Shown piece by piece: positions 1 through 8,906 of a stretch of DNA of 46,187 bases. The notes below the pieces were generated by a model. That model was given only the letters and a program-made list of their open reading frames with translations, ran no database searches and was not told the DNA's origin. Made by a program: the position numbers and the translations under genes. The stretch spans positions 1 through 46,187 of the forward strand of contig JBJEOJ010000103.1 of assembly GCA_051880655.1 (NCBI GenBank), given 5' to 3'. The DNA is from Acutalibacteraceae bacterium. Its GTDB lineage: Bacteria > Bacillota > Clostridia > Oscillospirales > Acutalibacteraceae. The stretch's first letter is position 1. Every line of letters starts with the position of its first letter.

Positions 1-63
1 ATTTACTGCGGTTTTTGTTCCGCTGTCACATTCTTTTAACAGATGTATCGTATCGTCTGACAT
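1..63 (-). CDS. N-terminal fragment (21 codons) of a hypothetical protein running off the left edge
   Basis: Minus-strand ATG at 61-63 with GGGAGA 6 nt upstream. Reads MSDDTIHLLKECDSGTKTAVN. No family recognised. Confidence 0.3.
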   Translation of the reverse strand, partial: MSDDTIHLLKECDSGTKTAVN

Positions 64-264
64 AATATTTCTCCCTTTTGTGCAAATATTTATTTTTAGT
101 TTAACCAAAATAAAACTATATAAAACGGCATGAAATCAAACAGAGCAAAAACTATTGTAAATATTTGTTTTTTGTGCTATACTTATCTTCCATAATTTTG
201 TTTAACAGCGAATTTATGTGCTTTTCGGCGGATTTATAAAACATATTTTCGGGAGGAAAAAGTT

Positions 265-1110
265 TTGCAAAAAAAGAAATCATTGTCATCTCATAAAAAT
301 AATTTTATGAAATACAGATATTTGCTTTCTGAACTTGTCAGAAAAGATATAAAGCTTCAATACAGAGATTCTGTTCTCGGCGTGTTCTGGACATTCCTCC
401 AGCCGCTTCTTACAATGATCGTTCTTTCGGTTGTTTTCAACAATCTTTTCGGCCGCGACAGCAGCAAGGTCGTAAACTATCCTGTCTATCTTCTCAGCGG
501 ACGACTTCTTTTTGAATTTTATTCGCATTCAACCAAAAGAGCAATGCGCTCCATACGTTCACACGCAAGCATCATTAAAAAGGTTTATGTTCCGAAATAT
601 ATTTATCCGCTGTCTTCGGTAATTTCAACTTTCATTACCTCTCTTATTTCGCTTCTAGTTCTTGTTGTGGTTGTTGCGTTTTTCAACATAGTCGGAATTC
701 ACCCGATCCCTATAACCTGGCATGTTGTTTTTGCAATTGTGCCTGTGTTCATTCTTTTCTTCTTCTCATTGGGTGTGGGAATGATTCTTGCGACACTGAA
801 TGTCTTTTTCAAAGATATTGAAAATATATATGATGTTTTCTGCTTGCTTCTTTTTTATGTTACGCCGATCGTTTATCATATCAGCCGTCTCGGATTTGAC
901 GAGGGAAGCTGGCAGATTCAGCTGATAAGACTTAATCCTCTTTACGGAATCATCGGAATGTTCAGAGCGTCTATTCTTTTCGGCGACAGGTTTGCCGAAT
1001 TCTGGGATATGGATCTTATGATTTATTCAATCATTTGCACAGTCTTTGTTCTGATAGTCGGCTTTATACTGTTTTATAAAAATCAGGATAAGTTCATTCT
1101 TCACATTTAA
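265..1110 (+). CDS. ABC-2 type exporter permease (TagG/KpsM-like, polysaccharide or teichoic-acid export)
   Basis: 281-aa multi-TM ORF with a TTG start 8 nt after GGGAGG (251-256). The N-terminal YRYLLSELVRKDIKLQYRDSVLGVFW motif is typical of ABC-2 permeases. The cognate ATPase follows 18 nt downstream. Confidence 0.85.
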   Translation: MQKKKSLSSHKNNFMKYRYLLSELVRKDIKLQYRDSVLGVFWTFLQPLLTMIVLSVVFNNLFGRDSSKVVNYPVYLLSGRLLFEFYSHSTKRAMRSIRSHASIIKKVYVPKYIYPLSSVISTFITSLISLLVLVVVVAFFNIVGIHPIPITWHVVFAIVPVFILFFFSLGVGMILATLNVFFKDIENIYDVFCLLLFYVTPIVYHISRLGFDEGSWQIQLIRLNPLYGIIGMFRASILFGDRFAEFWDMDLMIYSIICTVFVLIVGFILFYKNQDKFILHI

Positions 1111-1128
1111 CGGAAAGGTGAAAGCAAA

Positions 1129-1872
1129 ATGGCAGATAATTCAATCAATGTTGAACATGTCAGCATGATGTTCAACATCAACAGCGAAGGTGTTGACAAT
1201 GCAAAGGAATATCTTGTTCGTGCAGCAAAAAGGCAGCTTCATTTTTCACGATTCTGGGCACTTAAAGATGTAAGCTTTCAGGTCAAACGCGGTGACAGAA
1301 TGGGCATTATGGGATTCAACGGCGCAGGGAAAAGCACACTTTTAAAAACAATTGCAGGTGTGCTTAAACCTACCTTCGGAAAGGTTGAAACAAACGGCAT
1401 TATTGCGCCTTTAATTGAGCTTAGCGCAGGATTTGACGCAAATTACAGCGGAAGAGAGAATATATATCTTTATGCTGCAACAATGGGATTTTCAAGAAAA
1501 TTTACCGAAGAAAAATTCGATGAAATCGTTGAATTTTCAGAGCTCGGAAAATTTATTGATGCGCCGCTTAAAAGCTATTCTTCCGGAATGAAGTCCCGTC
1601 TCGGCTTTTCCATTGCGACCTCGGTTAAGCCCGAGATTCTGATTCTTGACGAAGTGCTCAGCGTCGGCGATGCGGCGTTCAGAGAAAAAAGCGAAAAGCG
1701 CCTTGAAAGCATGATGGGTGACGGCGTCACGGTTTTGTTTGTTTCGCACAGTACCGACAGGGTTAAGAGAATTTGCAATAAGGCGCTTATTCTGACTCAG
1801 GGTCAGCTTGTTGCAAAGGGCGACAACGATGAAATCTGCGACCTTTATAAAGAAATGGTTAATCAAAGATAA
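1129..1872 (+). CDS. ABC exporter ATP-binding protein (TagH/KpsT-like)
   Basis: Walker A GFNGAGKST, signature YSSGMKSRLGF, Walker B ILILDEVLSVGD. Paired with the ABC-2 permease. Confidence 0.9.
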   Translation: MADNSINVEHVSMMFNINSEGVDNAKEYLVRAAKRQLHFSRFWALKDVSFQVKRGDRMGIMGFNGAGKSTLLKTIAGVLKPTFGKVETNGIIAPLIELSAGFDANYSGRENIYLYAATMGFSRKFTEEKFDEIVEFSELGKFIDAPLKSYSSGMKSRLGFSIATSVKPEILILDEVLSVGDAAFREKSEKRLESMMGDGVTVLFVSHSTDRVKRICNKALILTQGQLVAKGDNDEICDLYKEMVNQR

Positions 1873-1896
1873 CCGAAAACAGGAGAAAAGCGAAAA

Positions 1897-2937
1897 ATGG
1901 AATTTAAAATAAACCCGGCGGCATATTCAAATATGTTCCCGCTGCCGTCGGCTATTGTTGACGAAAATATCCGCCTTGCAAGCACCGTTCAGCTCAAGGC
2001 GGTTCTGTATCTTTTCAGACACAGCATGGCGGGAGAAAACGTCACCTGTGCGCAGATTGCAAAAGCGACGGGATATGATGAAGAAACCGTTGTTGACGCC
2101 ATGATTTTTTGGGTCGAACGAGGAATTGCGGTTAAAGAAAACGGTGAAATCAAGCCTGCTTTGATTCAAAGAGCGGTTTCCGGACAAGAAGAAACAAGCG
2201 AAATCAAAGAAAAAAACAATACGCCGAAAAGTACTGCCGCACCGATTCCCGTTTCAAAGCCCAGTCATGAGCAGATTGCAATCCGATGCAGTGAGTGCGC
2301 ACAGTTCAGTGAGCTTTTTGCCGAAGCACAGCAAAAACTCGGAAGAACAATCGGCTATGAAGGTCAGGCAACGCTTATTATGCTCCATGACAGCTACGGA
2401 CTTCCGATTGAAGTTATACTGATGCTCATTGAATATGCAAAATCAAAGGGCAAAACAGGCTTTTCGTATATTTCAAACCTCGGAAGAAGTTGGAGCGAAA
2501 GGGAAATTGATTCCATTGAAGCAGTGGAAGCTTATATTGAAGAACAAAACAGCACCGATGAAATGTGGAAAGAATTTCGCTCTTTAACCGGTGTGAAAAA
2601 TGCAAATCCCACAACAAAACAAAGAAATTATTTCTCTGTATGGAAAAACGAACTTGGCTTTGACTGTGAAATGATTTATCTTGCTTATGAGATAAGCATT
2701 GAGAAAACCGAAAAAATGAGTCTTGCCTATATGGATAGAGTGCTCAAAAACTGGCATAAAAACGGCATCAAAACGCCTGTTGATGTTCAGAAAGAGCAGG
2801 AACAATGGGCTTTTCAAACGCAAAAGACCAAGCAAAAACAATCCAAAGCGGCGGAAAAACCGGCGCAGAGCGATTCTTCATATGACCTTGATGCGTTTGC
2901 AAAAAAATCGCTTAAACTGAAATATCAGAATAACTGA
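1897..2937 (+). CDS. DnaD/DnaB_2-domain replication initiation/helicase-loading protein
   Basis: 346 aa with an N-terminal winged-helix-like region and two DnaD/DnaB_2-type repeats (LIMLHDSYGLPIEVILMLIEYA..., MIYLAYEISIEKTEKMSLAYMDRVLKNWHKNGIKT). Sits directly upstream of a DnaI-like ATPase. Confidence 0.75.
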   Translation: MEFKINPAAYSNMFPLPSAIVDENIRLASTVQLKAVLYLFRHSMAGENVTCAQIAKATGYDEETVVDAMIFWVERGIAVKENGEIKPALIQRAVSGQEETSEIKEKNNTPKSTAAPIPVSKPSHEQIAIRCSECAQFSELFAEAQQKLGRTIGYEGQATLIMLHDSYGLPIEVILMLIEYAKSKGKTGFSYISNLGRSWSEREIDSIEAVEAYIEEQNSTDEMWKEFRSLTGVKNANPTTKQRNYFSVWKNELGFDCEMIYLAYEISIEKTEKMSLAYMDRVLKNWHKNGIKTPVDVQKEQEQWAFQTQKTKQKQSKAAEKPAQSDSSYDLDAFAKKSLKLKYQNN

Positions 2938-2964
2938 AGAAATTTAATCAGGGAGGCAGCAGCA

Positions 2965-3945
2965 ATGGCATATAAAAAAAGCGTCTATCAAAAAGCAAAG
3001 TCGGTTCTTGAGGAAAGAAGAGCCGTTGCCATGGAAAATCAGGAAGCAAGGCACAGCGCCGCTTTGCTGAAATGTCCGGCACTTCTGGAAATTGAGCGCG
3101 AAATGGCAAGCTACGGTGCCGAAGTAATCAAAGCTGTTGCCATGGGCCTTGACGCACACGAATATATCGAAAAGCTTTCTCAAAAAAGTCTTGACGCACA
3201 AAAGCGCCGAAAGCATGAACTTGTCAATGCCGGTTTCCCGGAGGATTATCTTGAAGTAAAATATACCTGCAACATTTGCAAGGACACAGGCTCACACGAC
3301 GGCTATTATTGCGAATGTTATAAAAAGCTCATAAAGCAAATTGCCCGTCAGCAGATAGGTGCGGCAGGACAGATTGAAAAATGCAGTTTTGAAAAGTTCA
3401 GTCTTGATTATTACCCCGATGTCACAGACGGCGTTCTCGGCATCAGCCAGAAAGAGCATATGCAAGATGTATATAATTATTGCTTTGAATATGCCAAGCA
3501 TTTTTCAAAAAAGTCAGGCAGCATCATTATGCTCGGAAAAACGGGTCTGGGGAAAACGCATCTTTCGCTTGCCATTGCCTCGGTTGTCAGCGATAAAGGG
3601 TATAATGTTTATTACAGCAGTGTGCAGAATGTTATGAATTCGCTTGAAAAAGAGCATTTCGGAAAAGAAAAGACTGATGCAAGCGTCGAAGAGGATCTTT
3701 TTGAAAGTGATCTTCTGATTCTCGATGACCTCGGTGCGGAATTTGCAACTCAGTTTACTATTGCCCAGCTATACAATATTTTGAGCACAAGAATCACAAA
3801 GGGTCTTCCGATGATTATCAGCACAAATCTTACGATGCGTGAAATTGAACAAAAATATTCTCAGCGGATTGCTTCAAGAATAATCGGTTCGGCAATACCC
3901 GTTCAGTTTTGCGGCAGGGATATAAGACAGCTGAAAAACGCATAG
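2965..3945 (+). CDS. dnaI: DnaI/DnaC-type helicase loader ATPase
   Basis: N-terminal Cys cluster CNICKDTG...YYCECY, Walker A GKTGLGKTHL, Walker B LLILDDLG (AAA+ IstB/DnaC-like). Confidence 0.8.
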   Translation: MAYKKSVYQKAKSVLEERRAVAMENQEARHSAALLKCPALLEIEREMASYGAEVIKAVAMGLDAHEYIEKLSQKSLDAQKRRKHELVNAGFPEDYLEVKYTCNICKDTGSHDGYYCECYKKLIKQIARQQIGAAGQIEKCSFEKFSLDYYPDVTDGVLGISQKEHMQDVYNYCFEYAKHFSKKSGSIIMLGKTGLGKTHLSLAIASVVSDKGYNVYYSSVQNVMNSLEKEHFGKEKTDASVEEDLFESDLLILDDLGAEFATQFTIAQLYNILSTRITKGLPMIISTNLTMREIEQKYSQRIASRIIGSAIPVQFCGRDIRQLKNA

Positions 3946-4025
3946 TTGAATAAAATTGCACCCTATTGGGTGCGGCATACATTATTATATGTGATGAAAA
4001 TTAAAAAAAATCGCTCTGATTGTAC

Positions 4026-4054
4026 TTTACAAACGCAGAATTTTATGTTATAGT
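4026..4054 (+). promoter_or_regulatory. sigma-A type promoter for tRNA-Thr
   Basis: TTTACA (4026-4031), 17-nt spacer, TATAGT (4049-4054), about 35 nt upstream of the tRNA. Confidence 0.55.
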
Positions 4055-4088
4055 AATGTGCGGACTGCGAAAGCGGCCGAAATAATAT

Positions 4089-4164
4089 GCTGGAGTGGCA
4101 CAGTTGGTAGCGCAATTGATTCGTAATCAATAGGTCGTGGGTTCAAGTCCCATCTCCAGCTCCA
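4089..4164 (+). tRNA. tRNA-Thr (anticodon CGU), CCA encoded
   Basis: Cloverleaf read by hand: acceptor GCTGGAG/CTCCAGC, anticodon stem ATTGA/TCAAT with loop TTCGTAA, T-arm GTGGG-TTCAAGT-CCCAT, 3' TCCA. One D-stem mismatch. Confidence 0.9.
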
Positions 4165-4167
4165 AAA

Positions 4168-4200
4168 ATCCCGTTCGCATTTTTTGCGGACGGGATTTTT
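4168..4200 (+). terminator. rho-independent terminator after tRNA-Thr
   Basis: ATCCCGTTCGC / GCGGACGGGAT stem followed by TTTTT. Confidence 0.8.
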
Positions 4201-4211
4201 ACTTATTACAT

Positions 4212-4295
4212 CTTCACTCTTCACTTTTCACTCTTCCTTCAACGGGATTTTTGTAAAGTAAGAAGTAAGAGGGAATAGTGAAGAAGTGTGGGCGG
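4212..4295. repeat. inverted pair of 7-nt-periodic GTGAAG/GTAAGAG-type blocks
   Basis: CTTCACTCTTCACTTTTCACTCTTCC (4212-4237) faces the purine-rich GTAAGAAGTAAGAGGGAATAGTGAAGAAGTGTGG (4258-4291). The latter matches 11127-11160 at 30 of 34 positions. Confidence 0.7.
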
Positions 4296-4310
4296 GACAC
4301 CCGCACCCGA

Positions 4311-4339
4311 TTGTAATTTTGTGTCATGTATAATATAAT
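4311..4339 (+). promoter_or_regulatory. candidate promoter of the GNAT gene
   Basis: TTGTAA (4311-4316), 17-nt spacer, TATAAT (4334-4339). Confidence 0.5.
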
Positions 4340-4377
4340 CGTCTTAATAAACATGAATTTACATGGGAGATGAGTGA

Positions 4378-4848
4378 ATGGAAAAAACAATAATTGAATT
4401 ATTAGAGGTTCAAAAGGTTGACAAAGATACAGAAATGGCGGATCGATTGTTGGATTTCGTTGAAAACTTTTCATGGTCAGAGGTTAAAGACCATACTTTG
4501 ATGACGATAAAAAATTGGGTCTTTGAGGAATGGGAAACTCCGTTTGTAGCAACGATATGCGGACGCATTGTAGGAATGGTAACTATCATGAAATCCGACT
4601 ATTATCCACTACCTGAGATATATCCATGGATATCAACTTTGTTTGTAACTGAAGAATATCGTGGCCAAAAAATCAGCGGAAAACTCATTGATTTTGCCAA
4701 TAAATATGCAAAAGAGATTGGTTTTGACAGGACATATATCCCGACAGAATTTGTTGGCTTATATGAAAAATATGGTTATTGCTATATTAAGGATATTGTG
4801 AATTACGGTAACGGTATTGATCGTCTGTATGCTAAAGAATTAAAATGA
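4378..4848 (+). CDS. GNAT-family N-acetyltransferase
   Basis: 156 aa. Acetyl-CoA motif A region VTEEYRGQKISGKLIDFANKYAKEIGF. SD GGGAGATGAG lies upstream. Confidence 0.8.
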   Translation: MEKTIIELLEVQKVDKDTEMADRLLDFVENFSWSEVKDHTLMTIKNWVFEEWETPFVATICGRIVGMVTIMKSDYYPLPEIYPWISTLFVTEEYRGQKISGKLIDFANKYAKEIGFDRTYIPTEFVGLYEKYGYCYIKDIVNYGNGIDRLYAKELK

Positions 4849-4934
4849 TGCATTCGTCAACTTACAGTTTGTCGATATAAATATTGAAATAAGTTGGCTT
4901 TAACATGGGCGTTATTCCGTCCAATAATCACAAC

Positions 4935-4973
4935 AATCCCGCTTGCATTTTGTGGACGGGATTTTTATTTTTT
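4935..4973 (+). terminator. terminator-like hairpin, degenerate copy of the 4168-4200 hairpin
   Basis: AATCCCGCTTGC...GTGGACGGGATT plus a T-run. Near-duplicate of the tRNA terminator sequence, with a weaker stem. Confidence 0.55.
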
Positions 4974-4993
4974 AATAATTTGTTAATAAATTC

Positions 4994-5022
4994 TTGACAA
5001 CGGAAAACGGCAATGCTAATAT
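4994..5022 (+). promoter_or_regulatory. sigma-A type promoter upstream of the transglutaminase-like gene
   Basis: TTGACA (4994-4999), 17-nt spacer, TAATAT (5017-5022). Confidence 0.55.
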
Positions 5023-5151
5023 GTATATATAAAAAATAGCCGATATATTAAAAACTTTTATGCATTGTGCACAATTGATTGCCGTTTAATCTGTATATAT
5101 CGTTATTAGGTTAATCGGGGATTGTCAAATTTTTAAGGAGATGAAAAAATC

Positions 5152-8004
5152 ATGAGTAAGAAAAATCGTCTGAAAAAGTCCGTTTCCGTTTTGCTTTCAT
5201 TGCTGATGTTGTTTAGTTTGTTTGTACCGGCTTCGGCGGCGGATGAAGCTGTTATGAGCGATGAAATTCTCACTGAAAATGAGTCCGAAATTTCCATGCG
5301 TTCTCAGGTTCCGCAATTTAATGACGGCGCTTCATATTCTCAGGATATCAGTCGTCTTGAGGATATAGTTGACATTGATGAATTCTCTCAATATCTTATT
5401 GACTCGTTCTATGACTGCCCGGGAAACAGCGTTGACATTTCGCAATTCGCCATACCGTATAGTTCTGACAATGCAACTGCGATATATCATTTGATTTGGT
5501 ATGAGATTCCCGAGCTTTTTCATATGTATAGTTTGGGATGCAGCTATAATTCATCAAGTAAAATGATTACTTCCATTCGCTGTTCGTCATATAGCTATAC
5601 AGCCGATGAATATCACGAAATGTATAAAAAAAGTGAAAAAGCGGCAAATGAAATGGTTGCTGATCTGGTTGACAGTGATCTTTCCGATATTGAAAAGGCT
5701 CTTCTTATTCATGACCGTATGATTGCTTTCTGCGAATATGATTATGGCAACTATCTGGCAGGCTCTATTCCGAGAACTTCAAGGAATATATACGGAGTTC
5801 TTGTTTTGGGCGATGCCGTTTGTCAGGGATATGTTATGGCTTATGAATACCTTCTCAGAAAAGTCGGCGTTGAGGTGCATTATATGAGCTCAGATGCGCT
5901 CAACCATGCATGGAACAACGTTTGCATTGACGGTGCGTGGTACTATGTTGATACGACATGGGATGATCCCGTATGGGATGTCAACGGCAGAGTACAGCAT
6001 ACAAACTTTCTCCAGTCATATGAAAAGTTCAGCGTTAAGCACAGCAAGGACGGGGAAACAGATTATGAGATTCTTGAACCGGCCAATTCCACTTACGATG
6101 AATTTTATTGGACAGATGTCAACGCCGGTTTCCAGTATCTGGACGGAAACTATTATTATATTGATACTTCAAACAATACGCTTAAAAAGACAAGAGATCT
6201 GACCGACAGTTCAAAAAGCGAGACATTGCTTTCTTTCGGAAGATGGACGATTAATTCGTCCGGTACATACTATAGCGATACTTATGCAAAACTGAGTAAT
6301 GACGGTCAGGCTCTGCTTTATTCGCTTCAGGACGGCGTATATAAATACAACATAACCACAGGCACAAGCGAGGCTGTATGGAAGCCGACAGCACCGAGCG
6401 AAATGTCAAATCCCTGCGTTTACGGATTTGACTTTGACGGCGGATACCTGATATGCGTATATAACAGCTCACCGAATTTTGATGCTGACACAAAGAACCT
6501 TTATACGCAGAAAAAGCTTTACGATATTAAGACGCCTTATGGTGAAATCACATCAACAAACGATGTTGCACAAAGCCAGACCGTAACGCTTACTCTTTCT
6601 GATAATGTTGAAGTTGACGGCTATTACTGGGGAAGCAATGCAGATTATACAAAAAACACCTATGCGCAAGTTACTTGCGAAAGTGTTGAAAAAACGGTTT
6701 CGCAGGCGGATACATATTATCTGACCGTTAAGGATACATCCGGAAACCTTTCCGAAACCGTGAGAATAACCATGTTTAAAACAACGCTTGATGCAAACGC
6801 GGGTTCGGTAACGCCTGCTTATGTTCTGACAGAAAGCGGCAAATCCTTTGTGCTTCCGTCAGCGCAAAGAAGCGGTTATAACCACCTCGGTTGGTCAGAC
6901 GGCAGTGATTCGGTGGTGACATATCAGGCAGGAGAGAGCTACGCTCCGTCAAAGAACGCTTCTTTGATAAGTATATGGAGTTGTAAGCACGAAAAGTATA
7001 ACAGTGAAATCACAACAGCGGCAACTTGCAGTGCAGAAGGTGTCATGACCTATACCTGCACGACCTGCGGTGAAACCTATACTGAGCCTGTTGAAAAGCT
7101 TCCTCACACGGTTGTAACAGATACGGCAGTTGCGGCAACTTGCACAACGCAGGGAAAAACCGAAGGAAGCCACTGCTCGGTCTGCGGCACAGTTCTTGTG
7201 GCTCAGGAAACGATAGCTGCAACAAATCACAGCTATACCGAAAGCGTTACAAAAGAAGCTACCTGTGCAGAAAAGGGTGTTGTGACACACATCTGCTCAA
7301 AGTGCGGCGATACCTACACAACGGACATTGACATGCTTCCTCACACGGTTGTAACAGATACGGCAGTTGCGGCAACTTGCACAACGCAGGGAAAAACCGA
7401 AGGAAGCCACTGCTCGGTTTGCGGTGCGGTTCTTGTGGCTCAGGAAACAGTACCTGTCAAAGAGCATGCTTTCGGTGAGGGAGTTGTTACAACGGCGGCA
7501 ACATGCAGCAAGGAAGGTGTTATGACCTATACCTGCACTGTCTGCGGTGGTACATATACCAAACCCATAGATAAAACGCCGCACACGATAGTAACAGATG
7601 CGGCAGTTGCGGCAACCTGCACCAAGGAGGGCAAAACCGAAGGCAGCCACTGCTCGGTTTGCGGTGAGGTTATAAAAGCGCAGAAGACAGTGCCCGTTAC
7701 GGAGCATACCTACACAACAGTTGTCGGTACGCCTGCCACTTGCACAAATGAGGGCATAATGATCATGACATGTACGGTTTGCGGTCAGTCACAGACACAG
7801 AAAATACCGCTTGCCGACCATAGTGACAGCGACGGCGACGGCATCTGCGACGAGTGCGGCAGCATAATGGAAAATCCGAGCGATAACTGCTCATGCATGT
7901 GCCACAAAACAGGCTTTGTCGGTTTTATCTATAAGATAATTCGTATTTTCTGGAAACTGTTCGGAACAAACAAGACCTGCGAGTGCGGAGTAAATCATTA
8001 TTGA
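5152..8004 (+). CDS. secreted transglutaminase-like (Cys-His-Asp) protein with His/Cys-rich ~40-aa repeats and a Cys-rich hydrophobic C-terminal tail
   Basis: Signal peptide MSKKNRLKKSVSVLLSLLMLFSLFVPASA. Transglutaminase core GDAVCQGY...NHAWNNV...DTTWDD. Seven H-x(9-12)-[AP]TC-x2-G-x5-C-x2-CG modules. Tail CSCMCHKTGFVGFIYKIIRIFWKLFGTNKTCECG. Confidence 0.85.
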   Translation: MSKKNRLKKSVSVLLSLLMLFSLFVPASAADEAVMSDEILTENESEISMRSQVPQFNDGASYSQDISRLEDIVDIDEFSQYLIDSFYDCPGNSVDISQFAIPYSSDNATAIYHLIWYEIPELFHMYSLGCSYNSSSKMITSIRCSSYSYTADEYHEMYKKSEKAANEMVADLVDSDLSDIEKALLIHDRMIAFCEYDYGNYLAGSIPRTSRNIYGVLVLGDAVCQGYVMAYEYLLRKVGVEVHYMSSDALNHAWNNVCIDGAWYYVDTTWDDPVWDVNGRVQHTNFLQSYEKFSVKHSKDGETDYEILEPANSTYDEFYWTDVNAGFQYLDGNYYYIDTSNNTLKKTRDLTDSSKSETLLSFGRWTINSSGTYYSDTYAKLSNDGQALLYSLQDGVYKYNITTGTSEAVWKPTAPSEMSNPCVYGFDFDGGYLICVYNSSPNFDADTKNLYTQKKLYDIKTPYGEITSTNDVAQSQTVTLTLSDNVEVDGYYWGSNADYTKNTYAQVTCESVEKTVSQADTYYLTVKDTSGNLSETVRITMFKTTLDANAGSVTPAYVLTESGKSFVLPSAQRSGYNHLGWSDGSDSVVTYQAGESYAPSKNASLISIWSCKHEKYNSEITTAATCSAEGVMTYTCTTCGETYTEPVEKLPHTVVTDTAVAATCTTQGKTEGSHCSVCGTVLVAQETIAATNHSYTESVTKEATCAEKGVVTHICSKCGDTYTTDIDMLPHTVVTDTAVAATCTTQGKTEGSHCSVCGAVLVAQETVPVKEHAFGEGVVTTAATCSKEGVMTYTCTVCGGTYTKPIDKTPHTIVTDAAVAATCTKEGKTEGSHCSVCGEVIKAQKTVPVTEHTYTTVVGTPATCTNEGIMIMTCTVCGQSQTQKIPLADHSDSDGDGICDECGSIMENPSDNCSCMCHKTGFVGFIYKIIRIFWKLFGTNKTCECGVNHY
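7098..7690 (+). repeat. in-frame tandem DNA repeat (period 237-240 bp) inside the 5152-8004 CDS
   Basis: 7098-7181 equals 7335-7418, about 84 nt identical by eye. A third, diverged copy starts near 7575. Confidence 0.85.
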
Positions 8005-8031
8005 TTTTTAACGCTTGGCAATCATATAAGC

Positions 8032-8066
8032 AAAACGGCGGTTTCAAAGCAAACCGCCGTTTTTTG
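8032..8066 (+). terminator. rho-independent terminator
   Basis: AACGGCGGTTT-CAAAGC-AAACCGCCGTT followed by TTTTT. Confidence 0.85.
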
Positions 8067-8233
8067 TGCTATGATAATCGGATGAATCAGTGATTGGACG
8101 AAAGAAAACAGGAATGATGATAATTGTCATGATTTGTTGCGTTTGTGTTTGATTCGTTGTATAATCAAATCAACAAAACGCAATTGAAAAATATAAGAAT
8201 ATGACGGTGTATTCAATGCTGAGGAGAGATTGT

Positions 8234-8852
8234 ATGACAAACAAAGAAAGAATGCATAATACGGAGCTTTATCTTCCCGATGATGAAGAAATCATGAAAG
8301 AGCAGCTGGGATATCTGGATCGGCTCTATGATTTCAACCAAACCCGTCCCACGCAGCTTGATAAAAGAGAAGAGCTGCTCAAAGAGTTGTTTGCAGAGCT
8401 CGGAGAGGAATGCTATATCGAACCGCCTTTCCATGCCAATTGGGGAGGACACCATGTGCATTTCGGCAAAAATGTCTATGCTAATTTCAATCTGACATTA
8501 GTGGATGATACGCACATTTATGTCGGAGATTACACGATGATTGGTCCCAACGTAACCATTGCGACGGCAGGCCATCCGTTGTTGCCCGAGCTTCGCAAAA
8601 AGGCTTATCAATATAATGCACCGGTACATATCGGAAAAAAACTGCTGGCTCGGTGCCGGTGTCATTGTCCTTCCCGGAATTACAATCGGCGATAATTCGG
8701 TAATCGGTGCAGGCAGCGTTGTTACAAAAGATATACCTTCCGATGTTGTGGCAGTCGGAAATCCGTGCCGAGTATTGCGCGAAATCAATGAACATGACAA
8801 AGCGTATTATTTTAAAGACAGAAAAATTGATGAAACGATATTGAAACCGTGA
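8234..8852 (+). pseudogene. maa: maltose/galactoside O-acetyltransferase (hexapeptide-repeat family) interrupted by a +1 frameshift in an A7 run
   Basis: Two overlapping ORFs (8201-8695 and 8559-8852) together read as one Maa/LacA-like protein. Removing one A from 8635-8641 restores ...[33 protein letters not shown].... ATG at 8234 follows GAGGAGAG. Confidence 0.8.
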
Positions 8853-8869
8853 ATTTTTGAATAAACAAA

Positions 8870-8906
8870 ATCAATTCCGATATTTCAATAAAAAATCGGA
8901 ATTGAT
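8870..8906 (+). terminator. hairpin after the acetyltransferase gene
   Basis: ATCAATTCCGAT / ATCGGAATTGAT 12-bp stem. Weak T tract. Confidence 0.45.

Noticed and set aside
1897-3945. DnaD plus DnaI pair next to a tRNA as a possible prophage or ICE replication module
   Set aside because: No integrase, repressor, terminase, structural or conjugation genes are nearby. The flanking genes are ordinary chromosomal functions, and the pair also fits the host primosome-loading set.
7098-7690. Regularly spaced near-identical repeats (also 43380-43960) considered as a CRISPR array
   Set aside because: The repeats are 237-240 bp in-frame units inside long ORFs that encode the His/Cys module. There is no short repeat/unique spacer organisation and there are no cas genes.
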